Shown here piece after piece: positions 42,636-49,509 of a DNA stretch of 49,509 nucleotides. The translations under genes and the position numbers were made by a program. This stretch comes from Anaerolineae bacterium. GTDB taxonomy: Bacteria; Chloroflexota; Anaerolineae; Anaerolineales; UBA11858. The stretch spans positions 1 to 49,509 of the forward strand of contig JACNJM010000171.1 of the NCBI GenBank assembly GCA_014382605.1, read 5' to 3'. Below the pieces are notes generated by a model. The model saw only the letters and a list, made by a program, of their open reading frames with translations. It ran no database searches and had not been told where the DNA came from. Each line of letters starts with the position of its first letter. Within the stretch, counting starts at the first letter, position 1.

Positions 42636-43514
42636 TTGAATCTTCGCATCATACCCAGACTGGATATTAAAGGCCCCAATTTAGTAAAAGGCGTTCATCT
42701 GGAAGGATTGCGTGTATTGGGCCGTCCTGAAGATTTTGCACGCTTTTATTACCAAAACGGGGCTGATGAACTGATCTATCAGGATGCGGTGGCCAGTCTT
42801 TATGGCCGGAACAGCTTGCTGGAGATCATTGAACGTACCGCAAGCGAAATTTTTATCCCCCTGACGGTAGGTGGTGGCCTGCGAAGTGTGGAAGATATTC
42901 GCACTGTATTGCGCGCCGGAGCAGATAAAGTTGCAATCAACACCGCGGCAGTCAACACCCCGGAACTGATTCGAGATGCAGCGCTGGCTTTTGGTTCATC
43001 AACCATTGTAGTTTCGATCGAGGCGATTAAACAGGCAAATGGAAAATACGAAACCTATGTTGATTATGGTCGGGAGAGTACCGGAGTTGATGCTGTTGAA
43101 TGGGCCTCGCGAGCCGCTGATCTGGGCGCAGGTGAACTGCTGGTTACCTCAATTGGTCAAGAAGGCACAGGCAAGGGCTACGATCTGGAATTAACCCGTC
43201 AGATTGCACAGGCAGTAGCCATTCCCGTGATTGCCCTGGGCGGTGCTGGCCAACTGGAGCATATTTATGATGTTATCGCTGATGGCTATGCTGATGCGGT
43301 CAGCCTAGCTTCAATGTTGCATTATGAATTTATCCATAAATATCAATTTCGCCAAGGCGATTATCAGATAGAAGGTAATATTGAATTTTTGCTAGGTAAA
43401 CGCGGTGAATTTGGGCGTAAGAATATTACGGGGACAACGATTCGTAAAATCAAAGAATATTTGTTAGAGCATGGGGTCGACTGCCGAATGGAAAAGGGAG
43501 CCGCTGGTGTCTAA
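42636..43514 (+). CDS. HisF-like cyclase subunit of a glutamine amidotransferase (WbuZ-like, sugar acetamidino pathway)
   Basis: RIIPRLDIKGPNLVKGVHLEG...ADELIYQD...GGGLRSVEDI...GADKVAINTAA is HisF fold. There are no other his genes nearby, and it is linked to HisH-like and WbuX-like genes. TTG start directly after the neuD-like stop. Confidence 0.85.
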   Translation: MNLRIIPRLDIKGPNLVKGVHLEGLRVLGRPEDFARFYYQNGADELIYQDAVASLYGRNSLLEIIERTASEIFIPLTVGGGLRSVEDIRTVLRAGADKVAINTAAVNTPELIRDAALAFGSSTIVVSIEAIKQANGKYETYVDYGRESTGVDAVEWASRAADLGAGELLVTSIGQEGTGKGYDLELTRQIAQAVAIPVIALGGAGQLEHIYDVIADGYADAVSLASMLHYEFIHKYQFRQGDYQIEGNIEFLLGKRGEFGRKNITGTTIRKIKEYLLEHGVDCRMEKGAAGV

Positions 43515-44187
43515 TCGCGACGTGTGCATTGCTATTGTAGATTATGGATTGGGCAACTTGTTTAGTGTAAAACAGGCCTGTGAGTATGCCGGGATGGATG
43601 CTCAGATTACATCCTCCAAACAAGAGCTTTTTGATGCTGACGCTGTAATCTTGCCTGGGGTTGGCGCTTTCGCTGACGCAATGAGCGAGTTGAAAAAATT
43701 GGATTTGATTGTCCCCCTGCAAGATTACAGCCAAACCGGAAAATCGTTGTTTGGCATCTGTTTGGGGATGCAACTTTTAATGTCGGAAAGTTATGAATTC
43801 GGAATGCACAAAGGTTTGGGTATCGTTGATGGGGATGTTGTGCCTCTGGAAAATATATCATCCTTTTTTAACGGTGTTCCCCGAATGCTGAAGGTTCCCC
43901 AAGTTGGCTGGAATCAAATCCGGCGTAGGGCAGATCATAATAACTGGGTCGGAACACCGTTCGATGGTCTATCTGATGGTGAATATATGTATTTTGTACA
44001 CTCTTTTTACGTACGCCCGCAAGAGGATGCGCTGGTACTCTCCCGTACGCGCTATGGGCAAATGGAGTTTTGCTCCAGTCTAAAGTATAATAACGTCTTC
44101 GCTTGTCAGTTTCATCCAGAGCGGAGCGGACGACAAGGTTTATTGGTGTACGAAAACATTGCGAAAATTGTAGCAACAACTCAATAA
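43507..44187 (+). CDS. HisH-like class-I glutaminase subunit (WbuY-like)
   Basis: IAIVDYGLGNLFSV...ILPGVGAFADAM...GICLGMQLL (catalytic Cys)...CQFHPERSG. GTG 43507 has AAGGGAG upstream and overlaps the hisF-like stop by 8 nt. Confidence 0.85.
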   Translation: MSNRDVCIAIVDYGLGNLFSVKQACEYAGMDAQITSSKQELFDADAVILPGVGAFADAMSELKKLDLIVPLQDYSQTGKSLFGICLGMQLLMSESYEFGMHKGLGIVDGDVVPLENISSFFNGVPRMLKVPQVGWNQIRRRADHNNWVGTPFDGLSDGEYMYFVHSFYVRPQEDALVLSRTRYGQMEFCSSLKYNNVFACQFHPERSGRQGLLVYENIAKIVATTQ

Positions 44188-44278
44188 AGCGTAGGAAAAG
44201 CCTGAAAAGCCGATGTGAATAAAGGATAATGCTCCGACAGACAACATCGCTTGGATCGTGTATTTTTTGGAGTAACTT

Positions 44279-45499
44279 ATGACTGGTGAAATAAAACCTT
44301 TATATGGTCTTCCTGAGAAGGTTATTTATTGCAAGCGCTGTGTTATGTCGAATCAGAGACCTTCATCCTACCCGGAATTCAAGCACACCAAAGACCGTCA
44401 AACTCCTACGTTGAATATCGGTGCTGATGGCATTTGTGATGCTTGCCGATATGCCGATGTAAAAGAAGGTATAAATTGGGAAACTCGCGAGAAAGAGTTA
44501 GCCCATTTGTGCGATCAGCATCGTCGCGATGATGGGTATTATGACTGCATTGTGCCCGGTAGTGGCGGAAAGGATAGCGTCTACGCAGCGCATATCTTGA
44601 AGTATAAATACGGGATGCATCCGCTGACCGTGACTTGGCCTCCTATCATGTATACCGATTATGGCTATCACAACTTCCGTAACTGGATCGAGGTTGGTGG
44701 CTTTGATAATGTGAGTATGAACCAGAACGGCCGCGTTATGAAACTGCTCACACGGCTGGCAATCGAAAATCTATTGCATCCATTTCAGACTTTTATTTTG
44801 GGACAAAAGAACTTGGCTCCGAAGATGGCGTTGCGCTATAACATCCCATTGGTGTTTTATGGTGAAAACGAAGCTGAGTATGGCAACCCTATTGCCGAAA
44901 ACGCATCTTCGCTACGCGATAAATCGTATTATACGATGCAAAATTTTAAGAATATGTTCTTGGGTGGTGTTTCAGTACAGGAACTGATCGAACACTACGA
45001 CGTTTCTTTGGTTGATTTGATGACCTATCTGCCCGCCGATTACCGCGAGATTGAAAAGTCACAAATCGAAATCCACTACCTGGGCTACTATCTGAAGTGG
45101 ATCCCGCAAGAAGCTTATTATTATGCCGTTGATAACACCGGTTTTCAGGCGCGGCCCTTTCGCACCCAGGGGACATATAGCAAATACAATAGTATCGATG
45201 ATAAGATCGACGATTTGCATTACTATACAACCCATGCCAAGTTTGGGCTGGGGCGGGCTTCTTACGATTCATCGCAAGAAGTGAGAAACAAGCATCTTAC
45301 CCGTGACGAGGCAGTGACCCTGGTGAAACGTTATGACGGCGAGTTTCCCGACCGTTACTTCGCTGAAGTGATGGAGTATATTAGCATGGATCCAGAGCAT
45401 TTCATCGAATTATGTGATAGGGCCAGATCGCAGCATCTGTGGACGAAAGAGAGTGGTGAGTGGAAGTTGCGCTACCCAGTTTGGGAAGTAGAAGCGTAA
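44279..45499 (+). CDS. N-acetyl sugar amidotransferase (PP-loop ATPase, WbuX/PseA-like)
   Basis: N-terminal Zn-ribbon CKRCVMSNQRPS...GICDAC and PP-loop VPGSGGKDS. Size and order match WbuX-type enzymes that work with HisH/HisF paralogs. Confidence 0.8.
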   Translation: MTGEIKPLYGLPEKVIYCKRCVMSNQRPSSYPEFKHTKDRQTPTLNIGADGICDACRYADVKEGINWETREKELAHLCDQHRRDDGYYDCIVPGSGGKDSVYAAHILKYKYGMHPLTVTWPPIMYTDYGYHNFRNWIEVGGFDNVSMNQNGRVMKLLTRLAIENLLHPFQTFILGQKNLAPKMALRYNIPLVFYGENEAEYGNPIAENASSLRDKSYYTMQNFKNMFLGGVSVQELIEHYDVSLVDLMTYLPADYREIEKSQIEIHYLGYYLKWIPQEAYYYAVDNTGFQARPFRTQGTYSKYNSIDDKIDDLHYYTTHAKFGLGRASYDSSQEVRNKHLTRDEAVTLVKRYDGEFPDRYFAEVMEYISMDPEHFIELCDRARSQHLWTKESGEWKLRYPVWEVEA

Positions 45500-45544
45500 C
45501 CGAGGGATACTCCGATTACCATTTTCTTGAGAAGAGACCGGGTA

Positions 45545-45790
45545 ATGGAATATCCGGAATGGATTGAGAGAGAACGGCGCATACGCACCAGAATACTTTT
45601 GGATTGGCCTGAGGCCCGCGACGATGGAGTTTTTCGAATTTGCCAGTCCTGCGGGGAAATTTGTTTATGCTCCGAGAAAACTTGCCCAAATTGCAATGTC
45701 GCTGAGATTACTAAAGAAAGAATTGATTTGGCGGAGTTACTAAGCGGAAGCCGGATTCGTTGTCAATATCGGTTTGAGAATTTGCCCTGA
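45545..45790 (+). CDS. Small zinc-ribbon protein, unknown function
   Basis: Short ORF (81 aa from ATG 45545) with CQSCGEICLCSEKTCPNC (CxxC...CxxC). It lies between wbuX-like and the CBS-NTP transferase gene on the same strand. Coding status is uncertain. Confidence 0.35.
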   Translation: MEYPEWIERERRIRTRILLDWPEARDDGVFRICQSCGEICLCSEKTCPNCNVAEITKERIDLAELLSGSRIRCQYRFENLP

Positions 45791-45804
45791 CCCGAGTAAT
45801 AAAT

Positions 45805-46890
45805 ATGGCAGTTGACCTTTCAGATTTGTGCATTTCTTCTGGTAGCGTAATTCGACAGGTGATTGAGAAGATCAATCTCAATGGGCTGGGAATTGCACTC
45901 GTTGTGGATGATAAACGGATTTTAATTGGCACGATCACCGATGGCGATGTGCGCCGTGCAATTCTTGTTGGGAACGACCTTGATTCTCCCGTAGATGAAT
46001 TACTAAAAAACAAAGCCTCAATTTACTCTCCGAAACCGATCACGGTCTCGCCGCGGGCAGAGCGGAGTGAAATGCTGCGCCTGATGAAAGAATATGTTAT
46101 TCATCAATTGCCTGTATTGGATGATGACGGGCGTGTGATTGCCCTGGTCACGATGGATGACCTGTTGACCGAAGAAGAACAGCAAAAACTGCCCTTGCAG
46201 GCGGTTGTGATGGCGGGCGGCTTTGGCACGCGTTTGCGCCCCCTGACCGAAGAATTGCCTAAACCGCTGCTTCCAGTGGGCGACCGCCCTTTATTGGAAC
46301 GCACCATCGAGCAGTTGCGACAGGCCGGAATTCGCAATGTGAGTATCACTACGCATTTCATGGCTGAAAAAATCAAACAGCATTTTGGCGATGGTAATGT
46401 GTTTGGCGTCGATATTAACTATGTGGAAGAGATCACTCCACTGGGAACGGCGGGCGCGCTGGGTTTGATGGATACTCCCAAAGACCCGTTGTTGGTAATT
46501 AATGGCGATATTCTCACACAAGTAAATTTTCGAGCTATGCTGGCTTTCCATCGGCAAAATCAGGCTGCCCTTACGGTGGCAGTACGGCGTTTTGAGTTCA
46601 AGGTTCCCTATGGTGTTATTAAAAGCGAAGGGCCTTTTGTGAAGGGTCTGAGCGAAAAACCCGTGTTGAATTTTTTTGTCAATGCCGGAATCTATTTATT
46701 AGAACCATCGGTTTATGAATATATTCATTCAGACCAGCACCTGGATATGACCGAGTTGATCCAAATTCTTTTGGATAATGATTGCAAGGTTGCCAGTTTC
46801 CCGATTGTTGAATACTGGCTGGATATTGGGCAACACACCGACTACGAACAGGCGCAACAAGATATAAAGGATGGGAGGCTTCATTCTTGA
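45805..46890 (+). CDS. CBS-pair + sugar-1-phosphate nucleotidyltransferase (PtmE-like)
   Basis: The N-terminal tandem CBS region is (GTITDGDVRRAIL... / HQLPVLDDDGRVIALVTMDDLL). The NTP-transferase motif AVVMAGGFGTRLRPLTEELPKPLLPV follows. Confidence 0.8.
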   Translation: MAVDLSDLCISSGSVIRQVIEKINLNGLGIALVVDDKRILIGTITDGDVRRAILVGNDLDSPVDELLKNKASIYSPKPITVSPRAERSEMLRLMKEYVIHQLPVLDDDGRVIALVTMDDLLTEEEQQKLPLQAVVMAGGFGTRLRPLTEELPKPLLPVGDRPLLERTIEQLRQAGIRNVSITTHFMAEKIKQHFGDGNVFGVDINYVEEITPLGTAGALGLMDTPKDPLLVINGDILTQVNFRAMLAFHRQNQAALTVAVRRFEFKVPYGVIKSEGPFVKGLSEKPVLNFFVNAGIYLLEPSVYEYIHSDQHLDMTELIQILLDNDCKVASFPIVEYWLDIGQHTDYEQAQQDIKDGRLHS

Positions 46891-47870
46891 ACTGGCAAAC
46901 AAAAAGAGTTTTAGTTACAGGGGCCGGGGGCTTTATTGGTAGTCATCTTGCAGAAGAACTGGCGCGCCGTGGCGCGCGGGTGCGCGCCTTTGTTCATTAT
47001 AATGCTCTTGGACGATGGGGTTGGCTTGATACCTCTCCACTGAAAGATGAGATTGAAGTTATTGCCGGGGATATCGCCGACCGGGATAGCGTGCGCGGTG
47101 CTGTCAAGGGAGTCGATGTTGTTTTTCACTTGGCGGCACTGATTGGCATTCCCTACTCATACCAGGCTCCGTCATCGTATGTGCAGACCAATATCGTAGG
47201 CACGCTGAATGTACTACAATCTGCCCTCGAGCAGAGTGTGGAGCGCGTGGTGCATACTTCTACCAGCGAAGCCTATGGCACAGCGCAATACGTGCCGATT
47301 GATGAGGCCCATCCCTTGCAAGGTCAGTCGCCATACTCGGCGACCAAGATTGGCGCCGATAAGCTGGCCGAGTCATTTTATCGCTCGTTTGAGTTGCCGG
47401 TTGCAACCATTCGCCCTTTTAATACCTATGGGCCACGGCAGTCGGCGCGGGCGGTTATTCCCACCATTATCACGCAGGCGCTCACAAGGCCAGAAATTAA
47501 CCTCGGCAATCTCATCCCCACCCGCGATCTGAATTTCGTTCTCGATACTGTGGCGGGCTTTATCCGCATGGCAGAAGAGCACCGGGCAGTCGGCCAGGTT
47601 ATTAATATCGGTTCAGGAAATGAGATTTCAATCGGTGATCTGGCTGCATTAATCTTGAAATTGATGGGGAAGGATATCCCCATTTTTACCGAAGATCAGC
47701 GCTTGCGCCCTGAAGCCAGCGAGGTGGATCGCTTATGCGCGGATAATACAAAAGCCCAGAAACTTCTGGGCTGGGAACCAATATTCACCCTGACAGAGGG
47801 GTTGATGCAAACCATCGATTGGGTAAGGGCGAATGCCGCTTTGTATCACCCATCGGTTTACACTGTATAG
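46887..47870 (+). CDS. legB: NAD-dependent sugar-nucleotide 4,6-dehydratase (SDR; LegB-like)
   Basis: VLVTGAGGFIGSHL, HLAALIGIPYSY, TSTSEAYG, SPYSATK and RPFNTYGPRQSARAVIPTIITQ closely match my recollection of the Campylobacter LegB family. TTG start with GGGAGG 8 nt upstream; it overlaps the previous stop. Confidence 0.8.
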   Translation: MNWQTKRVLVTGAGGFIGSHLAEELARRGARVRAFVHYNALGRWGWLDTSPLKDEIEVIAGDIADRDSVRGAVKGVDVVFHLAALIGIPYSYQAPSSYVQTNIVGTLNVLQSALEQSVERVVHTSTSEAYGTAQYVPIDEAHPLQGQSPYSATKIGADKLAESFYRSFELPVATIRPFNTYGPRQSARAVIPTIITQALTRPEINLGNLIPTRDLNFVLDTVAGFIRMAEEHRAVGQVINIGSGNEISIGDLAALILKLMGKDIPIFTEDQRLRPEASEVDRLCADNTKAQKLLGWEPIFTLTEGLMQTIDWVRANAALYHPSVYTV

Positions 47871-47873
47871 CGA

Positions 47874-49310
47874 TTATTCAGGCGGCGGTTGAATACACGT
47901 CGGGTAAGGCTCAAGACAGGTGCAGTATTCTTGGGGTATATTGTAGTATTCCATCACAGATTGAACTGTCTCTTGATCGGTGCTGGTATAAAAGCCGTTG
48001 TAATTTTCCTGTAAATAGTATTCATTAGTTGGAATACAAAGGCTTCTTTTTTGGATGCAGATGAGCCGCTCTCTGTCGCTATACTGGCCCTGATCGTCAC
48101 AGATGCTGCTATCATTTTTGGAAACCAATTCGCCGAGATAGGCGCGTAATTCTGAGCCGCGCCATAAAATGATTGCTGCTGCAAACATAAAAACAAGCAT
48201 TAAAAGATTCAACAACTTCAAACGATTTTTCCATTGTTGGAATAGATCATTTAATCCGATCCCCGCGATGATATACAAACTCACATTGCCAAGAAAGTGA
48301 AACCGATAGGCATATCGCCAGAAAAAGAGAAAAGAATTTCCCAGGATGATGAAGAGCAAGGGAATTGTGAGAGAACGTGTCTCTTTTTTGCGAAAACCAT
48401 ACACAGAAACGATAATGATTGGCAGAATTTGTAGAAAAATGATTTGCCAGGCTTCAGCATAGGAATAACGCAGGTTCATCCGGTTGGGCAAATCGCCATC
48501 CGATACCGGGCGAAAAAGATTGAAAAACGTAAAGATAAAACCGCTGGAAATATTGGTGATATAGTTTACGATTAAATCTTTGAAAGCAGAGGGTTCACCC
48601 GTGGCAGGTAAGGCCACTCCCAGGGAAAGCCTGAGAATAAAATAAGTGGCCACGGCGCCGAGGGCGATTTTGGCATATTTTCTGTCCGTTGCTTTGTTAA
48701 GAAACGCGTTGACGAAAACAGCCAGCGCGAAGGCCAGACCAAATTCTTTGCTGAGCGCCGACAATAATAACAAGAAAAATATCAAAAAAGGTTTAAACTT
48801 ACCTTTGCCAAACCAAAGCAGCCAGAGCGCACCCAAACCAAAGATCGCTGCTAACGTGATTTGAACTTCGCCAATTACAAAAATATTGGGCGTTAGCCGC
48901 CAGTCTGTCACGAAAAACAGTGTGGCCACCAGCGCAGGCAACATTTCATGGCTGGCCCGGTAGATGATCTCAAATATAAGAACCGCTACAATAATGAGTA
49001 GAATCAGGTTCACTGTAAAAAAGGCCGGAGGATTTATCCCGAATAGCAGATATTCTATTCGCAGCAAAGATGCTGTGATTGGACGATAGGTAACAAAATG
49101 TTCGGGTGCGGTTTCCCCGGTCCAGATATCCGTCAAAGTTAGTTCACTCATCAATCGGAAATTTACCAATGCTTCCGGATCGATTGCCTTACGGGTAACG
49201 ATGATTCCAATTACTAAAATCGAAATTATGATAATTATAATAATTCCGAAAATATAAGCAAAATTTATTTTATCTCTGCCCAGAAACTTTACATGGATAT
49301 TCTCTGACAT
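47874..49310 (-). CDS. Polytopic GT-C-like membrane protein with Cys-rich C-terminal domain; paralog P2
   Basis: 478-aa ORF with AAGGAAA 8 nt upstream. It has IDPEAL...HFVTYRPITASLLRIEYLLFGINP...FFVTDWRL, and C-terminal SICDD...LICIQKRSLCIPTNEYYL...EYCTCLEPYPTC. It is collinear with P1 (38034..39437). Its stop is only 3 nt from the convergent legB-like stop. Confidence 0.7.
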   Translation of the reverse strand: MSENIHVKFLGRDKINFAYIFGIIIIIIISILVIGIIVTRKAIDPEALVNFRLMSELTLTDIWTGETAPEHFVTYRPITASLLRIEYLLFGINPPAFFTVNLILLIIVAVLIFEIIYRASHEMLPALVATLFFVTDWRLTPNIFVIGEVQITLAAIFGLGALWLLWFGKGKFKPFLIFFLLLLSALSKEFGLAFALAVFVNAFLNKATDRKYAKIALGAVATYFILRLSLGVALPATGEPSAFKDLIVNYITNISSGFIFTFFNLFRPVSDGDLPNRMNLRYSYAEAWQIIFLQILPIIIVSVYGFRKKETRSLTIPLLFIILGNSFLFFWRYAYRFHFLGNVSLYIIAGIGLNDLFQQWKNRLKLLNLLMLVFMFAAAIILWRGSELRAYLGELVSKNDSSICDDQGQYSDRERLICIQKRSLCIPTNEYYLQENYNGFYTSTDQETVQSVMEYYNIPQEYCTCLEPYPTCIQPPPE

Positions 49311-49509
49311 TGCTAAATTTCCTTGAATGCGAGGAGCGAGGCTCAGACTTCTTTAATGGTATCGAGCAAACCTGACCGGGCACGAATTCTATCATAATTT
49401 TGATTGAATCGGATTCTTGTTGATGGTTGGGCCATCCTTCGTGATACAGTTCAACCAGGGCAATTGCATCTAAATAGATTTTTAGTGAAATTTTCACCGC
49501 GAAGACGCG

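Noticed and set aside
42636-44187. hisF/hisH as histidine-biosynthesis genes.
   Set aside because: No other his genes are nearby, the order is reversed (F before H), and the genes are fused into an operon with a WbuX-type PP-loop amidotransferase. These are the sugar-pathway paralogs (WbuZ/WbuY-like).
38034-49310. The inverted paralogs P1/P2 as a recombination (inversion) switch for the whole sugar locus.
   Set aside because: The DNA of the conserved blocks differs at most synonymous positions (for example, the FFVTDWRL codons differ at 5 or more of 24 nt). I saw no long identical tracts or recombinase gene. The duplication is ancient and not a shufflon.
49270-49509. A minus-strand frame is open to the window end (…RVFAVKISLKIYLDAIALVELYHEGWPNHQQ…, listed as 49270..49497). 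It could be the 3' end of a gene truncated by the window edge.
   Set aside because: It would overlap the well-supported P2 start (RBS AAGGAAA, ATG 49310) by 41 nt. It shows no recognisable motif. There is too little sequence to call it, so it is left unannotated.

Overview
This is a 49.5-kb chromosomal window, about 50-55% GC by eye. Gene content suggests a Chloroflexota (Anaerolineae-like) genome; that is inference from the gene families present.

Left third (core genes): a tandem-USP fragment, a DUF2298 'Chlor_Arch_YYY' protein with a GT-C-like membrane partner, cmk, two LPLAT acyltransferases, and a large Cache-HAMP-GAF-PAS histidine kinase. rpoC follows, with its own consensus promoter and no rpoB upstream, then gyrA.

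Middle:
- A minus-strand cell-envelope operon: an HK-like protein whose phospho-acceptor His is Gln, then LysM, LCP and a GH-like/NTF2 protein.
- tRNA-Leu(CAG).
- A translationally coupled pair: a coiled-coil plus GyrA-CTD-like beta-repeat protein and an NBD-only Hsp70/YegD-like ATPase.
- tmRNA, then an ECF sigma-DegV operon.
- DUF166-like, PD40, SRPBCC-PDZ-DinB and HEPN-like genes.
- malQ translationally coupled to a Ser/Thr kinase.

Right quarter (36.7-49.3 kb): an accessory nonulosonic-acid locus of the legionaminic-acid type. It carries NeuA/NeuB/NeuC/NeuD-like genes, LegB-like and CBS-NTP-transferase genes, and a HisF/HisH/WbuX-like acetamidino module. A specialised NusG paralog heads it, and two inverted, AT-rich paralogous GT-C membrane proteins with a Cys-rich C-terminal domain bracket it.

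A family of GC-rich palindromic repeats lies in intergenic DNA. Three copies carry terminal inverted repeats plus 8-bp target-site duplications, which is MITE-like.

I saw no CRISPR array, rRNA, transposase, integrase or prophage genes. The best candidates for undescribed biology are the Hsp70-like/beta-repeat gene pair, the His-less kinase envelope operon, the GT-C 'bookend' paralogs of the sugar locus, and the MITE family. All functional calls rest on motif recognition by eye; no database search was run.
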